Assembly (NCBI GenBank): GCA_050293845.1
Contig: JBNKNM010000004.1
Coordinates: forward strand, 1 to 64,000
Length of the DNA: 64,000 nt
From: Pseudobacteriovorax sp.
GTDB taxonomy: Bacteria > Bdellovibrionota_B > Oligoflexia > Oligoflexales > Oligoflexaceae
Direction of reading: 5' to 3'
Part shown: positions 49,351 to 59,552 of the stretch, piece after piece
Layout of the letters: each line of letters opens with the position of its first letter
Numbering within the stretch: position 1 is the stretch's first letter
The notes under the pieces: generated by a model
What the model saw: the letters and a program-made list of their open reading frames with translations, nothing else
Told to the model about the DNA's origin: nothing
Databases searched by the model: none
Translations under genes and position numbers: made by a program

Positions 49351-49585
49351 TAAACATGTAAACCCCTTAATATAACTAGGAAAACATGTTTACATTTTCA
49401 ACTTAGGATCTAACGTCCAATGGCTTAGCAGCTAGGGAAAGAAGCTCTCAGGACGCGAACGAAAATAGTCTTTCTGAGTTGCAATTGCCTTTGAAATGAA
49501 GCTCTATTGGACAATGTTTACATTTGAAACATGTAAACACACTGTATTTACTAGGTATTCATGTTTACATTTTTGGAGAAAGATT

Positions 49586-50209
49586 ATGAGCAAGATAAGC
49601 CCACTGGCAATTCGCACCGACGATGAGAATAAAGAAAAGTTCAGCAGGTTGGCAGGTGACAAAAAAGCCGGTGACTTTCTAAAGGAACTAATGGACCACT
49701 TCGAGTCTCATTCTGCTGGCGGGGTAGTCGAAGTAAATGAGGACTATCTGCAAGTTAAAACAGCGATGAATAGGGTCCTGGAGATTTTCAACGGTGTTCA
49801 CTCCAACGCTAGACTTTCAGAAGAGAACATTAGGTCTGAGCTCGGAAGAAGGATCGAGTCTCTTGAGGCTGAAAAAGCATCCGCAATAGAAAAGGCTAGA
49901 GCTTCCATTGATGAGGCTCAGGAGCTAGACAGAAAGCTTCAGGCCTCCGAGGGAATGGTTACCGCCTTTAAAACCATTAAAGATGAACTGGATACTAAGA
50001 AAGTTGAACTTAACGATCTCAAGACGCAGCTTGGAGAAGCAACCACGCAGCTAAAGGATCTTCCAGGGAAAAATGATGAGATCGGAGATTTAAAAATTCG
50101 AGTCGCCAAACTAGAAACAGAAAACGAACAACTTAGAGAGCGTATGGACGACTATAGAAGCTTTAACGGCTTTAACCGTGAGAGCGGAGGAGTCCAGCTT
50201 GATGCATAG
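49586..50209 (+). CDS. KfrA-like DNA-binding coiled-coil protein
   Basis: Short RHH-like N-terminus (LAIRTDDENKEKFSRL) plus long coiled coil; repeat array upstream. Confidence 0.5.
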   Translation: MSKISPLAIRTDDENKEKFSRLAGDKKAGDFLKELMDHFESHSAGGVVEVNEDYLQVKTAMNRVLEIFNGVHSNARLSEENIRSELGRRIESLEAEKASAIEKARASIDEAQELDRKLQASEGMVTAFKTIKDELDTKKVELNDLKTQLGEATTQLKDLPGKNDEIGDLKIRVAKLETENEQLRERMDDYRSFNGFNRESGGVQLDA

Positions 50210-50217
50210 GAAAAGAA

Positions 50218-50535
50218 ATGTTTACGGTGGAGAATCTTGAAATAGGTGGGAAGTCGCTTAGAGTTTTTGATTTCGACGGCCTAACGGGTGTACTTATTAA
50301 AGACCTGGGTGACTACCTGGGAATCAAAGCACAATCTGTCTGCTATCATGTCGATCGGCACAACTTGCCATTGACGAAACTTTCTAAAGATCAGATCTGG
50401 GCACTGCGAGATGCGAAGGAAGTTAGCTATCATGTCTATCGTGCTTCGCTTCTTCCCATGAAGTCTGTTGCTAGAGTTATTAAGTCGACTCAAACTCAGG
50501 AGGCTAGAGATCTAAGTGATAGTAACTCGATATAG
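50218..50535 (+). CDS. Antirepressor-like protein, possibly truncated
   Basis: Resembles the N-terminal domain of 45871-46647 (G..I..LG...RH.L...L.....V..V.K). Confidence 0.45.
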   Translation: MFTVENLEIGGKSLRVFDFDGLTGVLIKDLGDYLGIKAQSVCYHVDRHNLPLTKLSKDQIWALRDAKEVSYHVYRASLLPMKSVARVIKSTQTQEARDLSDSNSI

Positions 50536-50853
50536 AGAGAAAAAGAGGGGAATCCCACCTTACTTCATTTAGAAAAACCTAATATGTAAATCTTTTCGAT
50601 AGTAGATGTAAGAAAACAAATTCATCGCTTTTTGCAAGCACGGTCATATTACTGTTGGTCGCTCTGCCATGACTGTATGTCGTTTTGATTAGGTCGTTCT
50701 CTATTTTCATAAATTTTTCTTTCAGGTGGGGGTAAGTTAGAAAGTACCAAAGTTATCCATAATTTTGTGAATAACCAAACATCATTAGAGATTCCCGTTG
50801 TAATGCATGAAACTCCTAAGAAGAAATAAATTTAAACTTTCTATATTCTATGT

Positions 50854-50879
50854 GTCACAAATTTCTCTGATGATTCGTA
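50854..50879 (+). promoter_or_regulatory. ECF sigma promoter motif GTCACA-N15-TCGTA
   Basis: Same motif and spacing as the two promoters flanking the ECF gene. Confidence 0.65.
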
Positions 50880-51057
50880 ATAGAAGTTGAAGCCTATCGC
50901 ATAATTAAAAAATTCAAACTGATTGATAGGCACTATCATTACGATTTATAGGGATAATTTAAGTTGTTAGCATATCAGCCAAATTAAGTTTATTTAATTT
51001 TCACAACTCAGAAGGTGCTAGGTATTTTTTTTAATGAAAACAGGAAATTATACCTGC

Positions 51058-51073
51058 ATACCCATACCAGTAT
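51058..51073 (+). promoter_or_regulatory. Possible CsoR/RcnR-type operator
   Basis: ATAC-CCATACCA-GTAT: inverted ends around a C-rich core, just upstream of csoR. Confidence 0.4.
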
Positions 51074-51126
51074 AGGGCTTGTTTTTATTACACATTGAGA
51101 TCAGTATTACAGTCAATGGAGGGAAT

Positions 51127-51411
51127 ATGAAGAGATATGAAAGTCCGGACCATAAACAGCAAATCGTTGCTCTAAACAGGGTTTTGGGTCAAATAGAGTC
51201 GGTTAAAAAGATGATAATTGGTAGGAAATACTGCCCTGATATTATCCATCAAATAAGGGCCGCTCGAGGGGGATTGGTCAGTGCCGAAGTTTCTGTATTG
51301 GCTTCTCACATTTCGAATTGCCTTCATGAAGCAATAAGATCAGAAGACGATGTCCTCATAAAAGAAAAAACTATCGAAATTTCAAAATATGTAAAAGGGC
51401 TGATAGTTTAA
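51127..51411 (+). CDS. csoR: CsoR/RcnR-family metal-sensing repressor
   Basis: LNRVLGQI...YCPDIIHQIRAA...HISNC. Confidence 0.85.
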   Translation: MKRYESPDHKQQIVALNRVLGQIESVKKMIIGRKYCPDIIHQIRAARGGLVSAEVSVLASHISNCLHEAIRSEDDVLIKEKTIEISKYVKGLIV

Positions 51412-51435
51412 TATTAGCAATAGGGAGACTGTCGA

Positions 51436-51672
51436 TTGCATAGTCACAAAGCAAACAAAGGTCAGACTGGAAATCCAAAAAAGATTTATCTTCTTCTGGG
51501 TGGAATTGTTGGAGGATACTACCTGTGGGGTTGGCATAAAGATCATGTCCTACAGTATTGGCCAATAGCTATTTTTTTGATGTGCCCTTTAATGCATCTA
51601 TTTCATGGTCACGGAAGCCATGCCAAGTCGAATGAAAATCAATCGCTTCAAGATAGAGACGAAAAGGACTAA
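51436..51672 (+). CDS. DUF2933-family membrane protein
   Basis: LMCPLMHLFHGHG. Confidence 0.8.
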   Translation: MHSHKANKGQTGNPKKIYLLLGGIVGGYYLWGWHKDHVLQYWPIAIFLMCPLMHLFHGHGSHAKSNENQSLQDRDEKD

Positions 51673-51723
51673 AAGTATAACTGTCATTGAATAAAATACA
51701 AACTTAGATTTAAGGGAGCAAGA

Positions 51724-52401
51724 ATGCATGAGGTTTCTGAAAGCTATGCATATGGATTGTGGAGTATAGTGCTTTTTAATGTTGTTTTATTCGCAGGGTT
51801 TATCTACTCATTTGCTAAACCAAAGACGAAGGTAGAGTGGCGATCTTTTGGTTTATTTTCAAGTTTTTTAGTTGCCTTATTTGTAGAGATGTACGGATTT
51901 CCGTTAACAATTTATGCATTAACCTCATGGCTAGGAAGCAAATATCCTGTTGTTAACCCTTTCGCCCACGACAACGGTCACCTATGGGGTGTATTCTTAA
52001 ATTCAGGATCAGGTCATTTTTCGTGGCCTCATATATTAAGTAACATTTTGATCGTCGCCGGCGCTCTTGTAATCTCTTCAGGTTGGAGGTCAGTTCATCA
52101 GTCCCCTGGAAAAATTGCAACAGATGGTCTCTACAAATTTGTTAGTCATCCTCAATATACCGGATTCATACTTGTTATACTCGGGTTTCTTGTCCAGTGG
52201 CCAACCATCATTACCATCTTAATGGCTCCTATTCTGATTTTTCGCTATATTCATTTAGCTAAAAAAGAAGAACTTTATATGAAAAATATATTCCCTAATG
52301 AATATGCAAATTATCTAAATAGAAAACCTAGATTCATACCAAAGTTTAAAGACGTAATGAATCACTATCGTAATCACAATCAATTGCATCGACAGGGTTG
52401 A
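51724..52401 (+). CDS. Isoprenylcysteine carboxylmethyltransferase-family membrane protein
   Basis: ALFVEMYGFPLTIY, GLYKFVSHPQYTG, EE...PRFIP. Confidence 0.85.
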   Translation: MHEVSESYAYGLWSIVLFNVVLFAGFIYSFAKPKTKVEWRSFGLFSSFLVALFVEMYGFPLTIYALTSWLGSKYPVVNPFAHDNGHLWGVFLNSGSGHFSWPHILSNILIVAGALVISSGWRSVHQSPGKIATDGLYKFVSHPQYTGFILVILGFLVQWPTIITILMAPILIFRYIHLAKKEELYMKNIFPNEYANYLNRKPRFIPKFKDVMNHYRNHNQLHRQG

Positions 52402-52403
52402 AA

Positions 52404-52655
52404 ATGGCGGAATTCTTAGGTGATATAGCCTTCATGATCGAGGCTCTAGTTTTGGGACTTGGGTTAGTGGTTTTACATTTCAATCAAAAAGAAAGTTCTC
52501 CCTACCTAAAATGGTCTGGGAGACTAATGGCTGCTTGTGCAATTTTCGGTATGATATGTACAATAACGTTCTATTTGAAGTATTTTATGGCTGGAGAATT
52601 TGATCGAGCTTATCCCTTAAAGTCATCTAGTGGAGAAATGAACCACTTAAATTGA
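52404..52655 (+). CDS. Small 2-TM membrane protein
   Basis: Two hydrophobic segments; lies within the operon. Confidence 0.55.
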   Translation: MAEFLGDIAFMIEALVLGLGLVVLHFNQKESSPYLKWSGRLMAACAIFGMICTITFYLKYFMAGEFDRAYPLKSSSGEMNHLN

Positions 52656-52739
52656 GGGAAAAACGTAAAATTATGACTAGATTATTTCTTTCGTCTAGAT
52701 TGAATGTTGAAAAATAGAGATTGAAGGTAAAGGATTAAT

Positions 52740-54959
52740 ATGGCTTCGAAGAATATAGTCGGTAACGATCACAAGAATTGCGAAAATAGTCATAGGCATC
52801 ATGGTCATGGTAGTGATAATACTAAACACTCATCAGCAGATCCTAATGCAATATATACCTGCCCCATGCATTCTGAGATTCGTCAAAAAGGACCCGGATC
52901 CTGCCCGAAATGTGGTATGGCGCTTGAGCCTCTTCTTGGTGAAGACTCGGACAACTCAGAATACCTTGACATGAAAAAACGATTTATTCTGGCGGCTGTA
53001 TTTACTGTGCCTTTGTTTATCATATCGATGGGTGATCTACTTCCTGGTAAACCAATATCTCAAATGCTTTCGTCATCTGTTCGTTTGTGGCTGGAACTCA
53101 TATTGGCAACTCCAGTTTGCATTTGGTCAGCTCTCCCCTTCTATACCAGAGGAATTGACTCCATTAGAAGAAAAAGCTTAAATATGTTTACACTGATTGG
53201 TATAGGTGTCAGCGTAGCCTATGGATATAGCCTTGTGGCTTCAATTTTTCCAAATCTTTTCCCTGATTCGTTTCGCGATTCAAGCGGTCATGTGTCTGTT
53301 TACTTCGAAGCAGCAGGGGTTATTGTTACACTAATCTTGCTGGGACAGGTTATGGAACTTCGGGCAAGAACTCAAACAGGAGAAGCGATCAAGAAATTAC
53401 TCGGTCTTGCCGCTAAAAATGCAAAGAGAATAAATGACGACGGTTCTGAAGAAGACGTACCACTAGACGAAGTTAAATTAGATGATAAATTAAGGGTTAG
53501 GCCGGGAGAGAAAATCCCAGTTGATGGCGTTGTATTAGAAGGTCGGAGCTCTGTTGATGAATCTATGATCTCAGGCGAACCTATTCCTGTTGAGAAAAAT
53601 AGAGGTGACAAAGTGGTTGGTGCCACAGTAAACGGTACTGGTGGTCTGGTAGTTAGAGCCGAAAAAATTGGTTCTGAGACACTATTATCTAGGATTATCC
53701 ATATGGTTGCTGAAGCTCAAAGAAGCAAAGCTCCTATCCAAAAGTTGGCTGATGTTGTATCAGGCTATTTCGTTCCATTAGTTTTGGTAATCGCTGTAGT
53801 GACCTTCGTTGTTTGGAGTATGTTTGGTCCAGAGCCTGCAATGGCATATGCTCTGATTAATTCCGTGGCAGTTCTAATCATTGCATGTCCATGCGCATTA
53901 GGTTTAGCTACGCCCATGTCAATCATGGTATCTACAGGTAGAGGCGCACTCGGAGGAGTACTATTCAAAGACGCCGAAGCGATAGAAGTCATGCGTAAGG
54001 TTACGACCTTAGTTGTAGACAAGACAGGTACCTTGACGGAAGGGAAACCTAAGCTTGTCACAATACTACCAACATTAAACGGATTGAATGAGAGTGACTT
54101 CCTCGCCTACGTCGCCACATTAGAAAAAGGTAGTGAGCACCCTTTAGCTGCCGCAATAGTTAATGGAGCAAAGGAAAGAGACATAGAACTTCTATCAGTT
54201 AAGGATTTTGAATCAGTAACAGGCAAAGGAGTAAAAGGGTTCATCTCTGGGAAAAGCATTGCACTAGGAAACTCATCTCTAATGAAAGATTTAGGCGTCG
54301 ATGCTTCTCGATTGATTGACAAAGCTGAAGCTTTACGTTCGGAAGGGCAAACAGCTATGTTTGTCGCAATTGACCTAGAATCCGCGGGACTTATTGGAGT
54401 TGCCGACCCAATTAAAGAAAGCACTCCTGAAGCAATCGAAGCTTTACATAAAGATGGCGTTAAAGTAGTCATGCTTACCGGTGATAGCAATACTACTGCA
54501 CTTGCGGTCGCAAAAAAGCTCGGGATCGAAGAAGTAGTCGCTGAAGTTCTACCTGATCAAAAGGTATCTGAGGTCGTCAGATTACAAAAAGAAGGTGAAA
54601 TTGTGGCTATGGCTGGCGATGGCATCAATGACGCTCCGGCTCTGGCAAAAGCTGAGGTTGGAATCGCAATGGGTACAGGGACAGATGTGGCAATGGAAAG
54701 TGCTAGCGTCACACTTGTAAAAGGTGATCTCCGGGGTATACTTCGTGCTCGGCTTCTAAGTCGAGCGACAATGAGAAATATCAAACAAAATCTATTTTTC
54801 GCCTTTGTCTATAATGCTGCTGGGGTCCCCATAGCAGCAGGTCTACTGTATCCTTCTTTTGGTATTCTACTTAGCCCTATTATTGCAGCAGCAGCTATGA
54901 GTTTTAGTTCTATTTCAGTTATCGCAAATGCTTTGCGACTGAAAACAACTCAAATATAA
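52740..54959 (+). CDS. copA: Copper-translocating P1B-type ATPase
   Basis: YTCPMH...CPKCGM N-terminal domain, [24 protein letters not shown] and MSFSS. Confidence 0.95.
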   Translation: MASKNIVGNDHKNCENSHRHHGHGSDNTKHSSADPNAIYTCPMHSEIRQKGPGSCPKCGMALEPLLGEDSDNSEYLDMKKRFILAAVFTVPLFIISMGDLLPGKPISQMLSSSVRLWLELILATPVCIWSALPFYTRGIDSIRRKSLNMFTLIGIGVSVAYGYSLVASIFPNLFPDSFRDSSGHVSVYFEAAGVIVTLILLGQVMELRARTQTGEAIKKLLGLAAKNAKRINDDGSEEDVPLDEVKLDDKLRVRPGEKIPVDGVVLEGRSSVDESMISGEPIPVEKNRGDKVVGATVNGTGGLVVRAEKIGSETLLSRIIHMVAEAQRSKAPIQKLADVVSGYFVPLVLVIAVVTFVVWSMFGPEPAMAYALINSVAVLIIACPCALGLATPMSIMVSTGRGALGGVLFKDAEAIEVMRKVTTLVVDKTGTLTEGKPKLVTILPTLNGLNESDFLAYVATLEKGSEHPLAAAIVNGAKERDIELLSVKDFESVTGKGVKGFISGKSIALGNSSLMKDLGVDASRLIDKAEALRSEGQTAMFVAIDLESAGLIGVADPIKESTPEAIEALHKDGVKVVMLTGDSNTTALAVAKKLGIEEVVAEVLPDQKVSEVVRLQKEGEIVAMAGDGINDAPALAKAEVGIAMGTGTDVAMESASVTLVKGDLRGILRARLLSRATMRNIKQNLFFAFVYNAAGVPIAAGLLYPSFGILLSPIIAAAAMSFSSISVIANALRLKTTQI

Positions 54960-55016
54960 TAATGTAAATTGTATCCAAAAATACAATGCATATTTACTAA
55001 TAGGTTAGATATAGAT

Positions 55017-55786
55017 ATGAGCGAAAATTCAGCTATTGCTTATTTGGATGAAAATTTTTTGGATAGCGATGAAGGAAGGCCTTTACGGATTTTGGCAGAA
55101 TATCTGAAGCCTATGCAGACTTTCAAGCAAGAAAACATACAGGATACCATTGTGTTTTTGGCTCAGCGCGGTTACAAGAAAATGGCCCTCTAGGTCGATT
55201 ATATAGAGATGCGAGAGAATTAGCCAAAATCATAACAGAATGGTCACTATCCCTATGTTGTGATGAATATCGCTTTATTGTTTGCACTGGCGGAGGGGGA
55301 GGAATAATGGAAGCTGCAAACCGTGGAGCAAACGACGCTGGTGGTCGTAGTATTGGCCTAAATATTGGATTGCCGTCCGAACAAACGCCAAATCCTTATA
55401 TAACACCTGATCTGGGATTTGAATTTCACTACTTTTTTACTCGTAAACTTTGGTTCGCTCATCTTGCACGCGCCATGTTTATATTCCCAGGAGGATTTGG
55501 AACGCTTGATGAACTATGTGAGATACTAACTCTCTCACAAACTAAAAAATTAACACGACACATCCCCGTATTTCTTTATAATCGTGCTTTTTGGGAAGAT
55601 ATACTAAATTTTGATTCGCTCCTGAAGTATGGCATGATAAGCAAGAAGGATTTAGACCTCTTTCAATTCGTCGAAAGTCCTGCAGAAGCATTTGAAAAAC
55701 TTAGGGTTCATCTCGACGAGACCGTAAGAGAAACGATACCCTCGTTTGCAAAATCAGCTACCTCAATATGTAAAGCCACTAAATAG
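55017..55786 (+). pseudogene. LOG family (TIGR00730-type) protein, frameshifted
   Basis: VF(F)GSAR is broken at the T5 run 55155-55159. The shifted frame continues to TGGGGGIMEAANRGA and PGGFGTLDE. Confidence 0.8.
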
Positions 55787-55907
55787 GGTTTCTTTCTTCA
55801 TATGTTGGGCAACATATATTTTTTGACAATTAAAAGGAGTACTTGGACAGTCTTTCACTATTGGAATTTTCTAATATCAGATTTTCGACAAGAAAAAGGA
55901 TTATCAA

Positions 55908-56279
55908 ATGCATATCACTTATGAAGTAAAAAACTTTGACCAAACTAGAAGTAAATTCATTGCAATCGCATCCGCCCTTACCCTGAGTATTGCATCTATA
56001 GGATATTCTGAAGGAAGCAAGGGTCATGACAAACACGACCATAAAGAAGCAAAGGATATGCATGAAATGATGTCTCCAGACATGCATAAAATGATGATGT
56101 CTCCAGACATGCATAAGAAAATGGCTAAGATGCACTCCAAGGCTGCAGATTGCCTTAATAAGACTAAGGGCAATAAAGCCTGCATATCCGAAATGAAGAC
56201 CCATCATGAACAGATGATGGGATCAATGGGCATGAGCTGTTCAATGATGGGAGCTAGTAAAAAAGATCATCATAACTAA
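55908..56279 (+). CDS. Secreted His/Met-rich putative metal-binding protein
   Basis: Signal-like segment; HDKHDH; tandem MMSPDMHK repeats; H..AADCL...C...M. Confidence 0.65.
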   Translation: MHITYEVKNFDQTRSKFIAIASALTLSIASIGYSEGSKGHDKHDHKEAKDMHEMMSPDMHKMMMSPDMHKKMAKMHSKAADCLNKTKGNKACISEMKTHHEQMMGSMGMSCSMMGASKKDHHN

Positions 56280-56337
56280 ATACTAGATTATCGACCTAGC
56301 TTCTATAGGCTAGGGTCAACTTTTTTGGAGCAATTTT

Positions 56338-56850
56338 ATGTCTATTCTAAACGCAACAAAACCTGTTGATGTCAGGGTATCTATGCTTATGAACAAAAAG
56401 ATCATTAGCGTACAAACTGATTTTTCAGTTCCAGATGTAGCACACTTGCTCACCAGACATAACATATCTTCCGTACCAGTATTGAACAAAGAACTTTCAG
56501 TGGTCGGATTTGTAACTTTAGGTGACTGCCTTAAATGCATGGTGAACTGTCTTTATCATGGCCACAATAATTTAATGGAAGCAAAAGATATAATGACGAA
56601 AGAGGTCGTGAAAGTTCCAGAAACTTTGGATTTATTTTCGCTCGAAGATCTTCTGATTTCGAAAAATATTCATGATGCACCTGTGGTAAATGAAAATGAT
56701 GAAATGGTTGGAATGATAACTCGAAAGGCAGCAGTCAAAGGTATAGAACAACTATATCGCGAGACACTACAATACAAAGCATCAATTAAGGAACCATTGG
56801 AAATGACGGCCCATGAGCGAATGCGATACACAATGAAGCATATAAGTTGA
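56338..56850 (+). CDS. CBS-domain protein
   Basis: Two CBS repeats: ISSVPVL...VGFVT and APVVNE...VGMITR. Confidence 0.85.
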   Translation: MSILNATKPVDVRVSMLMNKKIISVQTDFSVPDVAHLLTRHNISSVPVLNKELSVVGFVTLGDCLKCMVNCLYHGHNNLMEAKDIMTKEVVKVPETLDLFSLEDLLISKNIHDAPVVNENDEMVGMITRKAAVKGIEQLYRETLQYKASIKEPLEMTAHERMRYTMKHIS

Positions 56851-57105
56851 CTAAATGCAATGATCTAAGTCCGATAGTTTGCCTCCATAATTGTTCTAGG
56901 TAAATCCAGAATCAATAGGTGAGTGAAATAGGCTGGGATTGACCGAGATATTAGAAGTACTCAAGGTAGCAAATCTTAAAAGAAATGCATCAAATCATAT
57001 ATTTCTTCTAATATTTGAGGACTCTTCAGAGACTTTTTGAATCTACCCTTTTGGGTCAAGACCATTTTTTACACAACAATCTGTCAGCGGGAAAACCTTA
57101 ATAGT

Positions 57106-57804
57106 ATGTTTTCGAAAAAAAGCAGGTTAAGAGTTAGAAAAGTTCATAGAATTGCGGGACTCCTGCTAGGGGTTCAGCTTTTTTTCTGGATCCTTAGTGG
57201 AGTTTACTTTTCTTGGGTACCTCTAGAAACTGTTCGAGGGAGAGATTTATCCAAAACGTCTGTGCTTGTTTTGCCAAAGTCTGAGTACACGTCCTTAGAT
57301 TCCATTATTGCCGAAATTGAAGATGAAGTTATGGAGATTACCCTGGTACCTTCAACGGAATATCGCGCAATCTATAAGATAAGGACCAGTCAAGATTGGG
57401 TTTTTTACAGTGCTATGACTGGGCATAAGCTTAGTCTACTTAACACACAGCAAATATCCAGATTTGCCAAGTCGGACTATCTAGAAAACAACTCGATAAA
57501 AAGCATTTCTCTTTTGGAAAAAAAACCGCCTGGGGAATATAAAGGCCCCTTGCCAGTGTTTGTGGTCGAATTTTCAGACATTCGGGGAACTAAGCTTTAC
57601 ATTAGCCCAATGAGTGGCGAGATACTAGCGAGGCGAAATCACTATTGGCGAGTATTTGACTTCTTATGGATGTTGCATATTCTTGACTTCGGAGAAAGAG
57701 AAGACTTCAACAATAATATTTTAAGAACTATATCACTTCTTTCGGGATTTATAGTTATTTCCGGATATGGAATTTATTTTAGTTCAAAATTAAGAAGATT
57801 ATAG
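57106..57804 (+). CDS. PepSY-associated TM protein
   Basis: RKVHRIAGLLLGVQLFFWILSG; WRVFDFLWMLHILD. Confidence 0.8.
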   Translation: MFSKKSRLRVRKVHRIAGLLLGVQLFFWILSGVYFSWVPLETVRGRDLSKTSVLVLPKSEYTSLDSIIAEIEDEVMEITLVPSTEYRAIYKIRTSQDWVFYSAMTGHKLSLLNTQQISRFAKSDYLENNSIKSISLLEKKPPGEYKGPLPVFVVEFSDIRGTKLYISPMSGEILARRNHYWRVFDFLWMLHILDFGEREDFNNNILRTISLLSGFIVISGYGIYFSSKLRRL

Positions 57805-57873
57805 AATTTACCGTCTATAAATATTAGTTATAAACAGTAAATAAAGCTCGTCGAATCATTCTAAATAAATAGT

Positions 57874-58251
57874 TTATGGAATCTCTTCGTGAGGGACTTC
57901 TTCTTGATGATTTAACCAATATAGGAAAATAGTTGCTTCAGTAGTATTAATCCATTCAGGATTTCCAAGAGGCATCGTACCGCCTTCAATAGTTTGGATA
58001 ATCAATTGCGAATGACTAGCAAGCTCAACACTTGTCTCAAAACTATGCCCTCCGGATGCAAATTCAGAATTATGACAACTAATACAGCTGCTTTCTACGA
58101 TTGGATATACAACATCGTCAAAAAACCTCTGATCTATTGGAACAACTGGGTCTTCGTTCGGAGGAAGTTCGCCGCCTTCATCCCCATGACCAAAGGTGAT
58201 AGATTCACACAGAAATAATGTGGTTATGATTGCTAACGCCATAGATTTCAT
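57874..58251 (-). CDS. Small c-type cytochrome-like exported protein
   Basis: Signal peptide, CISCH, GTMP. Confidence 0.7.
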   Translation of the reverse strand: MKSMALAIITTLFLCESITFGHGDEGGELPPNEDPVVPIDQRFFDDVVYPIVESSCISCHNSEFASGGHSFETSVELASHSQLIIQTIEGGTMPLGNPEWINTTEATIFLYWLNHQEEVPHEEIP

Positions 58252-58309
58252 TTCGATTACTCTCCTAATTGATTTTCAGTCAGTCTAGCATCAGACTTCA
58301 GAAGATCAA

Positions 58310-58840
58310 TTAAGAATACCTAATCATTAATTTTGCTTTCATAGAGACGACAAAAGATAATAAGCCAACTAGAAAGGCACCAATTATCCAAAAACTGAGG
58401 ACCTCGAGATATACTTCAACTCCAATCCCCATAAAAACACCAATAAAAATGGAGCAGAGAGCAAAATAGTACTGAACCTTTGAGCGATAGATTTTTTGCA
58501 ATTCGTAGCTATTAAGAATCAAGCCAGCTGCTACAGCACCACTTCCCAGAAATATTCCTCCACATAGCATCATGCAGATTTGATAACCAAATGTGTCGTG
58601 AAAAAAATGAAATAATTCATGGTTATTCGTGATGCTTAGTTTGAATTGAGGGCAAAAAGTCATCGTCAAAACACCGATAAAAATCTGAATAAGTAACAGC
58701 TTTGTAAATACAAACGTATGGCTTGGATTCATACTCTTGTGAATATATTCCAATACATTAGACGAAAGTTTCTCAGGCGGTTTCATTGGCATTGAAGATA
58801 AAAAATCTTCATAGTCAGATTTAGAATCTTTATTCTTCAT
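58310..58840 (-). CDS. Putative membrane anti-sigma factor
   Basis: Coupled downstream of the ECF sigma gene; about 4 TM helices with CPQF, HFFH and CMMLCG. Confidence 0.6.
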   Translation of the reverse strand: MKNKDSKSDYEDFLSSMPMKPPEKLSSNVLEYIHKSMNPSHTFVFTKLLLIQIFIGVLTMTFCPQFKLSITNNHELFHFFHDTFGYQICMMLCGGIFLGSGAVAAGLILNSYELQKIYRSKVQYYFALCSIFIGVFMGIGVEVYLEVLSFWIIGAFLVGLLSFVVSMKAKLMIRYS

Positions 58841-59381
58841 GATTACTACCTCCGTATTTAGTCTTTAACTTACGAATTCCACGAGAGATAATTTTCCGAA
58901 TATTGATATCTGAAGTCGATAAAGCTTCGCTTATCTCGCTAAATTCTAAGTCTTTCTCATATCTCATTTGCAACACCTCTGACTCTCTACCACTTAATGA
59001 AGCATCTTGAACATATTGATGAATATCAGGAGCATCTGGTTGGTCTTTAGGTGAACTTCGCTCAATTTCAATATACTTATGATTAGTTGCTCGATTGGAT
59101 ATAAGTTTCCGATGGAAATCAATGACCTCATTTCTGCAAATCGAAAAGATCCATTTTGGGAAAATATATTTCGAATCGTACCTATCGACTCCCCTGTGTA
59201 GTTTTATAAATACTGATTGAAAAACGTCTTCTACATCCAACCTATTGGAGATTCTCTTATAGAGATAGCTATAGACCTTACCTTCATAGCGGCTATAGAT
59301 CACTTGAAATGCAAGATTTTCGCCTTTTTGATAGAGAACCATAAGTTCCTCATCGGAAAGATTATTATAAGGATTTTCCAC
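58830..59381 (-). CDS. ECF sigma-70 factor
   Basis: SDEELM...AFQVIYSRY, EDVFQSVF, WIFSICRN; region 4 EISEAL...ISRG. Confidence 0.9.
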   Translation of the reverse strand: MENPYNNLSDEELMVLYQKGENLAFQVIYSRYEGKVYSYLYKRISNRLDVEDVFQSVFIKLHRGVDRYDSKYIFPKWIFSICRNEVIDFHRKLISNRATNHKYIEIERSSPKDQPDAPDIHQYVQDASLSGRESEVLQMRYEKDLEFSEISEALSTSDINIRKIISRGIRKLKTKYGGSNHEE

Positions 59382-59394
59382 CTCTACCCTCTTT

Positions 59395-59420
59395 TACGAA
59401 CGAACTGAATCATATGTGAC
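59395..59420 (-). promoter_or_regulatory. ECF promoter motif for the sigma operon
   Basis: Reverse strand GTCACA-N15-TCGTA just upstream of the sigma start. Confidence 0.7.
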
Positions 59421-59493
59421 ACACTATCCAAATAATTTTATAACATATTGATATTACTGTAACTATTTTTTAACAGTTTTTTTTCGCAGGTTT

Positions 59494-59519
59494 GTCACAA
59501 AACGACTCCCTCTATCGTA
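59494..59519 (+). promoter_or_regulatory. ECF promoter motif for the haem-protein/cusCBA operon
   Basis: GTCACA-N15-TCGTA upstream of ATG 59553. Confidence 0.7.
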
Positions 59520-59552
59520 GAATAAGGCATCAAGTAAGTGAGGAACCGAAAT

